The notes beneath the pieces are model-generated. The model had not been told where the DNA came from. It made no database searches and saw only the letters and a program-made list of their open reading frames with translations. Shown piece after piece: positions 42,608 through 52,118 of a stretch of DNA of 64,000 nucleotides. Numbering within the stretch: the stretch's first letter is position 1; each line of letters starts with the position of its first letter. The stretch spans positions 192,001 to 256,000 of the forward strand of contig JBMNLI010000010.1 of NCBI GenBank assembly GCA_050952645.1, written 5' to 3'. Made by a program: the position numbers and the translations under genes. Source of the DNA: Bdellovibrionota bacterium. Its GTDB lineage: Bacteria; Bdellovibrionota_C; UBA2361; CAKMMH01.

Positions 42608-43606
42608 ATGGATTTTATAAACGCAAATTTTAATCTTCAAATTTTTGATTATATGATTTCTCACTACCAAGGAAAGTATGCTTTTACGACTATCCTTTCA
42701 ACATTAAATTCTACTCATTATAAATCTGGCGAGCAAATATTCGTTAAAAACGATCTTTTAAAATTTGAAAAGATGCGTAGCGAAGTTGTTCAAGAGCAAA
42801 AGGTATTTTTCGATAGAGGCAAATGTAGCAATGATGATGTAGAATACAGAACTTTAAAAAGTTCATTAGAGCAAATGTCCATGGACTTATTAAATCACGC
42901 TGAAAAAGTAGACCCGATAATCGATGCGACCGACTACTCTTCTGATCCTGAAAAAGTTAATTTTCTAGTAGCATCTTATGGTAGAGTTTGCTACCAGAGA
43001 ATGCACCAATTTAGCTTTAATTTAGACTCTGCTATTACTCTAAATCTTAGGCAAGAAGCTGCAGGATTGCAAAACTTAAGAAGCGTAGCTATTCAAAATA
43101 TGTCGAACTTTGATGGCTTCGTTCAAAATACTATGCTCTCAAAACAATTGATACCTAAAGAAACCTACATCGCATTTTGGGAAGATTGCGTTTCAATTGG
43201 TGCTACACTAAAAGCGGCTTGTCATGATATCGATATGTTTATTAAGCTAAGTGAAAAAGATGATTTTGAATACACAGATTATCCGTATATTCATCAAGAT
43301 GAAATGGCTAGCTGGCAACAATTAAACGTTATCCCACAAAGTATAGGCTACTGGAAAGCTTGCGACTTTACTCCATCGAAAGCCGCACCTTGGATAAGCG
43401 TAAATATAACGGATCCTTTTTTATGTCTTACTAGTTTAAAATATAAACTAACCGTAGATGATACATCTTTATGTATGCAACAAAATATTCCTTTAGTTTT
43501 AGCAAGACGTTGGATAGCCCTTGGCGTTCCGTTAGTAGAGGGAATAGAAAGAATGAAAAAAGGAGAAATGCCACCTCTAGTAAAGGAAGGTGAAAGAATG
43601 CTTTAA
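42608..43606 (+). CDS. Hypothetical protein with Trp-spaced C-terminal repeats
   Basis: 332-aa ORF with AGGA RBS; W..xF.P..A..W-like periodicity near the C-terminus. Confidence 0.7.
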   Translation: MDFINANFNLQIFDYMISHYQGKYAFTTILSTLNSTHYKSGEQIFVKNDLLKFEKMRSEVVQEQKVFFDRGKCSNDDVEYRTLKSSLEQMSMDLLNHAEKVDPIIDATDYSSDPEKVNFLVASYGRVCYQRMHQFSFNLDSAITLNLRQEAAGLQNLRSVAIQNMSNFDGFVQNTMLSKQLIPKETYIAFWEDCVSIGATLKAACHDIDMFIKLSEKDDFEYTDYPYIHQDEMASWQQLNVIPQSIGYWKACDFTPSKAAPWISVNITDPFLCLTSLKYKLTVDDTSLCMQQNIPLVLARRWIALGVPLVEGIERMKKGEMPPLVKEGERML

Positions 43607-43668
43607 AAAACTTAAAGCTTAAAAAAAACTTAAGGCTTTAAGAAAAAACCTAAAGCCTTAAAATTTTT

Positions 43669-44679
43669 TTATTTAGCGTATCCTTGATTTCTCGCTCTAT
43701 AAAAATCGGTTAGCTTTTGAAGCACACCTGCACAAACGCTTACGATTTTTCCCCACCCAGTAGGAATAAATGAGAAAACTTTTTTTGCTATACCTAACCC
43801 AGTAGATATTTTCTTTGCACATTTATCAAACCAGCCTTTAATTCCCGAGCGAAGCTTATAAGAGCGGCTAGCAAACATTCCAGTGTTGCCATCATATGCG
43901 ACTGTAAATCTTTGTTTCCCATATTTTACAGTAAAATCGTTTTGAGGGTCTTGCCTAAAGTTTGCTATCTTAGTTTCAAAATCAAGAATTTTATTATTTA
44001 ACTCTTCTTGTTTTACAGGATCTTCGATTATATTTTCTTCCATGTTGCTAGGCAAATCTTCGACTGGCCAACCAAACTCTAAGCTCATACTAGCAAGCTT
44101 TTGATTTTGCTCAGGCGTTATATTAGTATTTCTAAGCCTTACAAAATGCCCATCTTTGCTCCAAGCAAGAAAACCATCTTCGCTATTTCCTAAGCCTCCA
44201 TTCGATAAAATTGCTTGCTCAACTACCGCTCGCCACTCATTTACAGAAAAATTATTTGCATTAGCTTTAAATAGCTCTCCTGCAAGCTCGTTTACTTTAG
44301 GGTCGATAATAATTGCACCTAAAATATAATTCCTAGGATTTACGAGCGTTTCACCACTTATTAACGGTGCATTTCTAGCCGATGTATAAGGGTAGCCACT
44401 AAAAGCCGGAATTACATGGTTTAAGTTTGCTTGAGTAGATGATAAATATCTAAGCAAATTTTCATCAATGTTTTTCAATGCAACGTTTTGAGTTGCTATG
44501 TTTTGAGTTGCTATATTGTGAGAGGCGATATTTTGAGTTAACAAATTTTGGCTAGGCATAACATTTTGCATATTTGTTATATTATTACAATTAGCACTAG
44601 TTCCTGCACCCATATTTTGTGCTATTAAAAAATTGTAATAATCTGCTAATTGCCGATTATAAATATTATTAACTTCCAT
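43669..44679 (-). CDS. Hypothetical protein; candidate type III substrate
   Basis: AGGAG RBS; N/Q-rich N-terminus without signal peptide, QNIAT repeats; amphipathic C-terminal helices. Confidence 0.7.
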   Translation of the reverse strand: MEVNNIYNRQLADYYNFLIAQNMGAGTSANCNNITNMQNVMPSQNLLTQNIASHNIATQNIATQNVALKNIDENLLRYLSSTQANLNHVIPAFSGYPYTSARNAPLISGETLVNPRNYILGAIIIDPKVNELAGELFKANANNFSVNEWRAVVEQAILSNGGLGNSEDGFLAWSKDGHFVRLRNTNITPEQNQKLASMSLEFGWPVEDLPSNMEENIIEDPVKQEELNNKILDFETKIANFRQDPQNDFTVKYGKQRFTVAYDGNTGMFASRSYKLRSGIKGWFDKCAKKISTGLGIAKKVFSFIPTGWGKIVSVCAGVLQKLTDFYRARNQGYAK

Positions 44680-44838
44680 AAAATCTCCTTTTTTTTAAAT
44701 TTATAAAAAAACTCTTAAAAAACAAAGTTCTTACAAAAGAACTTTATTAAAAGTTTTTTCTCCTATTTAAGTAAGTCGAAGATTTACAGGAAAATGTTAT
44801 CGGTTTTAATTTTTAATTTTTTACACGATTAAAAAACT

Positions 44839-46260
44839 TTACCACTTGTCTTTCTTTCCATTAGCACTATTTATTACGCTCTGTCTTCCAAATAAGTTAA
44901 ATGTTTTTAAAAGTTCGTATGCTTTTTTAAGTTGTCCATCTCGCTCGAATATCTCATCGATAGTAGCTTTCTCAATATCGAAATCATCGAAAACATTTTC
45001 TACTTTTGGAGTGTTGTTTAACTTTCTCATAGTGTCTGCTCCATCATCACCTTCAGGGTTTTTAATCGCCCCAGGGAGATCTTTTTCTTTTATCTCTAAT
45101 GGCTCAGCCTCTTCTTGGTCGTTTATATTATTATGTACATACGTATTATCTTCTATAATAATATCTGGCTCAACGCCTTTAGCCTGAATGGAATTTTCGC
45201 TCTTAGTATAATATAGAGCCGTAGTTAATGTAATAGCTCCGCCATTTGAAAGAGGCGTTATAGTTTGCACCGAGCCTTTCCCAAAAGATTTCGTTCCTAA
45301 AATTAAAGCACGTCCGTGATCTTTTAGTGCCGCCGCTACGATTTCAGAAGCCGATGCAGAACCACCATTTATAAGCACCACTATCGGATAATCTGGCTCG
45401 GTATCTCTTTTAGTCGCATAGAATTTTTGTTTTTGATTTTTTACTCTACCATCCGTATAAACGATAACGCCATCATCTAAAAATAAATCGACTACGTTTA
45501 CCGCTTGTTCTAGAAGCCCTCCTGGGTTATTTCTTAAGTCTAAGATAAGCCCTTTTAATTTTTTGCTCTTATATTCTTTCTTAAAACTTGCGAGCGCCTC
45601 TTTTAAATCTTCCGTGGTTTTTTCCATAAATTGAGTTAAGCGAATATATCCAAAGCCATCGCCTAAATATAATGATTTAACGCTATCGACCGTAATAATT
45701 TCCCTTCTTACTTTTAAGTCTAACAATCTTTTTACGCCCTCTCTACTTACAGTTATTACTACGTAAGAGCCTTTAGGACCTCTAAGTTTTTTTACTGCAT
45801 CTATCAAGCTTAAATTTTTAGCAAACTCACCATCTATTTTTACTATTACATCTCCTGCCCTAACGCCAGCTTTTTTAGCTGGGGAATCGTCCATAGGGGA
45901 AACGACGTATAGAAGCCCGTCTTGAACTGTAATCTCTATTCCCAAACCACCAAACTCGCCTTTAGTTTTTACTTGTAAATCTTTATAGAAATCGGGATCT
46001 AGGTATCCACTATGAGGGTCGAGCGTAGAGAGCATGCCCTTTATCGCCCCTTCGATTACACTTTTAGCATCTATTTTTTGGACATAATCTTTTTTTATTA
46101 TAGAAAGGACATCGGTAAAAATCTTTAACTCGCCATATATATCTGCATCTTGCTCTTTATCTGCATAAGCATTAGGAGCATAAAAAAAAGCAAAACTAGC
46201 GATATAACCACTTAATATTAAACGAAAAATTATTTTTTTTGATAAAAACTTTCTAAACAT
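44839..46260 (-). CDS. ctpA: Carboxyl-terminal processing protease (S41A)
   Basis: LDPHS, GGLGIEI PDZ, DLRNNPGG, SASASEI, GKGSVQ. Confidence 0.93.
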   Translation of the reverse strand: MFRKFLSKKIIFRLILSGYIASFAFFYAPNAYADKEQDADIYGELKIFTDVLSIIKKDYVQKIDAKSVIEGAIKGMLSTLDPHSGYLDPDFYKDLQVKTKGEFGGLGIEITVQDGLLYVVSPMDDSPAKKAGVRAGDVIVKIDGEFAKNLSLIDAVKKLRGPKGSYVVITVSREGVKRLLDLKVRREIITVDSVKSLYLGDGFGYIRLTQFMEKTTEDLKEALASFKKEYKSKKLKGLILDLRNNPGGLLEQAVNVVDLFLDDGVIVYTDGRVKNQKQKFYATKRDTEPDYPIVVLINGGSASASEIVAAALKDHGRALILGTKSFGKGSVQTITPLSNGGAITLTTALYYTKSENSIQAKGVEPDIIIEDNTYVHNNINDQEEAEPLEIKEKDLPGAIKNPEGDDGADTMRKLNNTPKVENVFDDFDIEKATIDEIFERDGQLKKAYELLKTFNLFGRQSVINSANGKKDKW

Positions 46261-46411
46261 AACGGACCTTTAGGGAAAAATCTTAAAACTCATAAACAGA
46301 TTATACAAATAGTGAAATTTGAGCAAGGCAAATTATTAAATATTAAGAAAAATTTTTATTCTTTATATCTTTAAATCTCTAGCCTTAAAGTTTTGCTAAC
46401 TTTAACTAGCT

Positions 46412-47696
46412 TTAGCTAGCTAAGTACAATTTCGGGTCTACGGGTTTTCCATCTTTTCTTATTTCAAAGTAGAAATTATTATTTTGTTCTTTTACATCAC
46501 ATTCGCCCACTAAATCGCCAGCATCTAAAACATCGCCTAGTTTTGCACCGATATTTATAAGATGCGAATATATAGTGTAGTATCTTTCCCCATGGTCTAA
46601 AATAATCATAGAGCCATACCCTGGCATTTTACCATCGAATATCACTTTACCTTTAGCAACGGCGTGTGCTTGCGTTCCATTAGCCACGGCAAACTCTATC
46701 CCTTTAGTAATAACGAAATCTTTAAATTTCTTTACTTGATGTTTTCCAAAAGTTTTTACTATTTTTCCTTTAACTGGAAACGGCAATTTTCCTTTTAAAG
46801 CTAAAAGCCCTTTTCCTGTAAAAGGCTTAACGATTTTTCTTTTTAATTTATCCTTATCTTTTTCCTTATCTTTCTTTTCCTTATCTTTCTTTTTTATATC
46901 TTTAGTTTCTAAGAGCAGCTCTTTTCCGGTAGTAACGGATTTTAAAACTATCTCTATTCTTAAAGCTTGCACTCTTAACTCATTTAGCTCTTTTTCAACT
47001 TGTTTTTCTTTTCTAGTAAGTAAGGCGAGAGTCTCTTTTTTCTTTGCTATTTGTGCTTGTTCCTCGTTATGCATTCTGATAAGTTTATTTTCTAGCTCGA
47101 TATTGTTAGCTAATATTTCTCTTTGTTTATTTGCCTTTATCGCAAAATCTTGTCTAATAGCTAGAAGTCTTACCATTAGCTTTTTATCATATTTTCGTAT
47201 TTTAGAAACGTAAAATGCAACCCTACTTCCATTATTACTTTTATCTGAAAACAAGAATGATAGTAAATCTTGAATAGGTCTTTCCCTATATAATGCTCTT
47301 AATCTTCCTTTTGAACGATTAACTAAAACGACCGCCTCTTTTCTTAATTTCTCGATGCTTTCTTCTAAAGATTTTAACTCTGCCTCGTTTCGCATTCTAG
47401 TTTTCGTTGTTAAATCTTTTTCATTTTTTATTTTTCTTAATTCTTCATTAGATTTATTTATTTGAGCAGTTAAATTTTTTATTTCTATATCTAAATCTTC
47501 TAAGTTCTCTTCTGCTTCTTTAACTTTGATTTTTATTTTATCGAGGCTATTTATATTAAGATTATCTTTTGCGTATGAAAGACTAACGCTTCCTACTACT
47601 AAAAAAAACTACTAAAAAGGTTGCTACAAAGCTTCTTGCTAAAAATAAAAAAAATACGAACAACCAATTTTTTCTATATAGCAATCTTTTATACAT
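46412..47696 (-). CDS. envC: EnvC-like M23 murein hydrolase activator (frameshift in T8 run at 47601-47608)
   Basis: Coiled coil plus degenerate M23 domain (KGIEF, GYGSMIILDHG, FYFEIR), downstream of ftsEX; frame open upstream to the homopolymer, with signal-peptide start at 47696 one base out of frame. Confidence 0.85.
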
Positions 47697-47820
47697 AACT
47701 AAAATTTTTCCTAAATTTTATTCTATAATTTTTTTTCTATAAATTTTTTTATAAATTTTTCTAATTTTCCTAGGCTTCTTTTAAATTAACTTTTTAAATT
47801 AAATCTTTAAATTAAATTTT

Positions 47821-48813
47821 TTAAACCTCATCAAAATTTCTTACCGTAAAAAAGCTTGCTAACATTCCTATTAGTAAGCCTAAAAACAAGATAAGCACGC
47901 AATCTAAAAAAGTTAAAAACGAAATACTTTTTTCTACCCAAACTAAAAAATCCGATTTTAGGACTACATTTTTTATAACTGTAGAAACGAAACTTAAAAT
48001 AAAAATTGCAAGCACTCCTCCTAGCAAACCTTGAGTTCCGCCATTTATAATATAGGGCATTCTTAATTGATTATAATCTGCGCCTACTAGTTTCATTACC
48101 TCTATTTCTCTTTGCTGTGCCCATAAGCTTAGGCGTATCGTGCTAGAGATGATAAACCCTGAAACTATTAAAATTAAAATAAATCCTAAGATGGAAATTA
48201 TCCTAAATTCTTTTAACACATCTAAAATTTTTGAAGCGTATCCAAGGTCGTATTGTATTTCCTCTATATTGCGATTTCCTTTTAACATTTTTTTAAGTGC
48301 TACTAAGAAATGCTTCGTATCGCTTTTAGACTTTAAATATACCTCGAGCGAAGCAGGGAGTGGATTTATATCGCCTAAGCCATCTAGAATAGCGGAATTT
48401 TCAGGCATAATTTCTTTAAAATATATCATCGCATCTTTTTTAGAGAGGTACTCTATTCTTTCGACATCTTTTATGGCGCTAATATCCGATTTTAATTTTA
48501 CTAGCTCTTTGCCTTTTATCCTATCTTTTAGGTAAATACTTACTTGTAAATTAGAGTGTGAACTAGATAAAAAATTATCTAAATTATTAACTAGCATCAA
48601 GTAAGAAGAAAAAATAAATAGCGTAAATGAAATCGTTAAGATCGCCATAAGAAATATGACTGGAGTTTTTTTTGCTATTTCTACCGACTGCATAACCCAA
48701 TATAAAAACTTTTCTTTTTTAGTTATGGTAAATTTTTTTTCTAGATCTTTCCAAATATCTTTTAGCCCAAGGGTAAACTTTTCGTTGCTTTTTTGAAACT
48801 TTTCTTCTATCAT
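47821..48813 (-). CDS. ftsX: Cell division permease FtsX
   Basis: NPLPAS, TIRL...REIEVMKLVGA, 4 TMs; coupled to ftsE. Confidence 0.92.
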   Translation of the reverse strand: MIEEKFQKSNEKFTLGLKDIWKDLEKKFTITKKEKFLYWVMQSVEIAKKTPVIFLMAILTISFTLFIFSSYLMLVNNLDNFLSSSHSNLQVSIYLKDRIKGKELVKLKSDISAIKDVERIEYLSKKDAMIYFKEIMPENSAILDGLGDINPLPASLEVYLKSKSDTKHFLVALKKMLKGNRNIEEIQYDLGYASKILDVLKEFRIISILGFILILIVSGFIISSTIRLSLWAQQREIEVMKLVGADYNQLRMPYIINGGTQGLLGGVLAIFILSFVSTVIKNVVLKSDFLVWVEKSISFLTFLDCVLILFLGLLIGMLASFFTVRNFDEV

Positions 48814-49490
48814 TCGCTCCCCCTTGGATTATCGTAGTCGCCTATAATTTTTCCATGGTCTAAAACTATCGTTCTTAAATTTAACTCTTCTATAATAGAT
48901 AGATTGTGAGTTGCCACCACTACGGTTACTCCTGCGGCATTAGCCTCTAAAAGCAGGTCGAAAACGACGCTCGTCATCTGTGTATCTAAATTTCCAGTAG
49001 GCTCATCGGCTAAGATTAGCGATGGTTTATGAATAAGGGCTCGTGCTACGGCTATTCTTTGTTGTTCTCCACCAGAAAGCGTCAAGGGCATATCATAAGC
49101 TCTATCTTCTAGCTTTAAAGATTTTAAGATTTTTAGAGCCATCTCGTGTCTTTCTTTTTTAGGATATCCTTTGATTTCTAAACTATAACAAACATTATCT
49201 ATAATATTTTTATTTAGTAGCAATTTATAATCTTGAAAGACTATGCCAGTGTATCTTCTTAAAGTAATTAAATCTTTTGGAGTGAAATTTTTCATATTTA
49301 CATTATTTATAACCATTTCACCTTGAGTAAGTTTTTCTTGCCCAAGCATTAACTTTAAAAGAGTGCTTTTCCCAGCGCCAGACGCCCCTGCTATAAACAG
49401 AAAATCACCTTTTTTAACTCTTAAGCTTATCCCCCTAATGGCTTCTTGGTGTGGAGGATATGTTTTAAATAAATTTTTAATTCTTATCAT
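48810..49490 (-). CDS. ftsE: Cell division ATP-binding protein FtsE
   Basis: GASGAGKS, VFQDYKLL, LSGGEQQR, ADEPTGNLD. Confidence 0.93.
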   Translation of the reverse strand: MIRIKNLFKTYPPHQEAIRGISLRVKKGDFLFIAGASGAGKSTLLKLMLGQEKLTQGEMVINNVNMKNFTPKDLITLRRYTGIVFQDYKLLLNKNIIDNVCYSLEIKGYPKKERHEMALKILKSLKLEDRAYDMPLTLSGGEQQRIAVARALIHKPSLILADEPTGNLDTQMTSVVFDLLLEANAAGVTVVVATHNLSIIEELNLRTIVLDHGKIIGDYDNPRGSE

Positions 49491-49771
49491 ATAAATATAT
49501 TTTTTAATCTTTAAAAGGGGGACTCTTAATTGAGCCTAAGACTAGCACCTATAAAAAATATTTTAATATTAGAATTATTTTACTGCAAGATATCAAAAAC
49601 TAGCGCCATCTTCGCTATGCACGCCTTAAGAGAAAATTAAAAGAAAATTAATTTTAAGAAATTAAAAAATTTAGACGCCTAGCAATTAAAAACTAAAGGT
49701 CAAGCTGTCAGGCTGTGGATAATTTTCTTAAAGACCTTACTAGGCAAAAATAGCGTCTTATATCTCTCTAG

Positions 49772-49793
49772 CCCACTCAAAACGTGAAGAGCC
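49772..49793. mobile_element. Solo terminal inverted repeat of the ISL3-type MITE family
   Basis: CCCACTCAAAACGTGAAGAGCC; no matching left end seen nearby. Confidence 0.6.
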
Positions 49794-49836
49794 AAAATCT
49801 TTATATTTAATATATTATATTTAATAATCTTGATAT

Positions 49837-51150
49837 TTAATTAAAGTATACTTTAAGGAATATTTTTTTTCCTTTACGAAGCAGAACGAAATCTTTATCT
49901 ATTGGTTTTGTGATTATTGCGTTTATATCATTACATACTTTATCGTCTATATATGCGCCCTCTTGCATAATAAGTCTACGAGCTTCTCCTTTTGATGATA
50001 CTAAGCGAGAGTTATAAAATAAATCTAAAACATTTATGCTTTCTGAAATTTTATAATCGCTAGTAGGTATATCTTTACTAGTTAAGGTCTTAGTGCTAAA
50101 AAGATCTTTAGCAACGGCTAGTGCCTTATCTGCTTCTTCTTTACCGTGGACTAATTTAGTAATTTCAAATGCCATGGTGCGTTTTGCTTTTATTATGTCT
50201 GATGAGCATAATTCTTGTATTTCTTTTAGGGGGATAGTAGTAAATAATTTTAATAGCATTTCTACATCTCCATCATCGACATTATAAAAATACTGGTAAA
50301 AATCGAATGATGTAGTTTTATCTCGTGCCACCCAAAGCGTTCCTGAAGCGGTCTTTCCCATTTTTCTACCGTCTTTAGTTAGTAGTAGCGGGCAAGTTAA
50401 GCCAAATATTTCATTATCTATTTCGTTATCTATTTCACTATCTATCTTGCTAACTTCGCTATTCTCATTAGAGTTATTTTTAACTAGCGAGTTTTTTCCT
50501 GAATTTAGAAACTGCATTTTTCTATATAAAGATGTACCTGCGACTATGTTTCCCCATTGATCGCTTCCTCCTATTTGCAGAACACAACCGTATTCTTGAT
50601 TTAAGTATACGAAATCGTAAGCTTGCATTAGCATATAGCCCATTTCGAGGAAAGTTAGTCCGCCTTCTTTTAATCTATTAGCGTAAGACTCTGTTGCTAG
50701 CATTACATTTACATTAAAATGAACGCCTACTAATCTCATAAAATCGACGTAATTGTAAGAATTTATCCATGTAGAGTTATCGAGGATAATGGCAGGGTTT
50801 TCGCCATCGGTTTTAACAAAATTTTTTATAAGTTTTTTAACCTCTTCGATATTAGCTTTAACTTGCGTTGCTGTGAGCATTTTTCGCATATCGCTTCTTC
50901 CGCTTGGGTCGCCAACGAGTGCCGTAGCTCCACCTATTACGATAATTCCTCTATGCCCAGCATCTTGCAAGTATCTAAACATCATAAGCGCAAAGAAATG
51001 TCCTATATGCAAGCTATCTGCCGTAGGGTCTATTCCTAAATAAAATGTAAAACTTTTATCTTCTTCTAGTAGTTTTTGCACTTTATCCATGTTAGTGCAT
51101 TGGTATATATATCCTCTATTTTTAAGTATTGTGAATAACGTTTCTTCCAT
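49837..51150 (-). CDS. tyrS: Tyrosine--tRNA ligase
   Basis: GIDPTADSLHIGH, QIGGSDQWGNI, KMGKT, S4-like tail. Confidence 0.96.
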   Translation of the reverse strand: MEETLFTILKNRGYIYQCTNMDKVQKLLEEDKSFTFYLGIDPTADSLHIGHFFALMMFRYLQDAGHRGIIVIGGATALVGDPSGRSDMRKMLTATQVKANIEEVKKLIKNFVKTDGENPAIILDNSTWINSYNYVDFMRLVGVHFNVNVMLATESYANRLKEGGLTFLEMGYMLMQAYDFVYLNQEYGCVLQIGGSDQWGNIVAGTSLYRKMQFLNSGKNSLVKNNSNENSEVSKIDSEIDNEIDNEIFGLTCPLLLTKDGRKMGKTASGTLWVARDKTTSFDFYQYFYNVDDGDVEMLLKLFTTIPLKEIQELCSSDIIKAKRTMAFEITKLVHGKEEADKALAVAKDLFSTKTLTSKDIPTSDYKISESINVLDLFYNSRLVSSKGEARRLIMQEGAYIDDKVCNDINAIITKPIDKDFVLLRKGKKIFLKVYFN

Positions 51151-51386
51151 CTTCGTTTATTTATCCTTTTATTATTGTTTCTTTTTGTTATTATACCTTT
51201 TTATTATTTTGTATTTTTATTATTTTATATCTTTATTATTTTTTATCTTTTTAATTAAATTTATTTTTAATTATTTATTATTTTTATGCATTTAATTTGT
51301 ATACAGTATTTTTATTAAATATTCAAGCGAAAGGCTTTAATAGCTTTGAGTAGAGAGTAGTTATAATTATTTCTAGTCTAAATTTT

Positions 51387-52049
51387 CTAGTCTAAATTTT
51401 TAATATAGCTAACTATATCTTTAAGTGAGTGAAAAACTTTATAGCTAGAGGTTTCTAGGACATCTTTATGTTGTCCGCCACGTGCTACGAGAAAGCAATC
51501 TATATTTAAGTTTTTTGCGACTTCAGCATCGTGCAAGGTATCTCCTATCATTAGAACCTCGCTATCGTTAAAATCTTTTTTTTCAAACCATTTTAAGCCC
51601 TTTTCGATTTTACTACCTGCGCTATCGTTATCAGAACCTATGATATCTATAAAATAATCTGTTATATTTTTTTCTTTAACGCATTTTATAAGCATATTTT
51701 GTTCTAGTGCTGATAAGATTGACAAGCTTACATTGTAGTTTTTAAAAAATTCTAAAATTTCTATTACATCATCGAACAATTCGCATTCATCTAAGCGTTC
51801 AAAATATCGTTTATGGTATTTAGTAGATATTTTAGTGTAATCGTATTTTGTAGTATCGAAGCCGTATTTAATATAAAAATCTATAACGGGGTAAGAGAGA
51901 TTTTTTTTATATTCTTCAAATGTTATGTGCGGCATACCGAGTTCTTTAAAGATTTCGGCGCAAGGCTCATAACATATTCTAGCATCATTTAGCAGGGTGC
52001 CATTCCAATCGAAGATTACGTGTTTATATTTTAAATTTTTCATAAGCAT
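51387..52049 (-). CDS. HAD family phosphatase
   Basis: IFDWNGTL, LSA, MIGDTLHD. Confidence 0.88.
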   Translation of the reverse strand: MLMKNLKYKHVIFDWNGTLLNDARICYEPCAEIFKELGMPHITFEEYKKNLSYPVIDFYIKYGFDTTKYDYTKISTKYHKRYFERLDECELFDDVIEILEFFKNYNVSLSILSALEQNMLIKCVKEKNITDYFIDIIGSDNDSAGSKIEKGLKWFEKKDFNDSEVLMIGDTLHDAEVAKNLNIDCFLVARGGQHKDVLETSSYKVFHSLKDIVSYIKNLD

Positions 52050-52118
52050 AACTTTCTTTTGTTTTATTTTAAGTTTTTAAAATAAGCTATAAATAAATTT
52101 TTTAAAAGAGTTTTTTAT

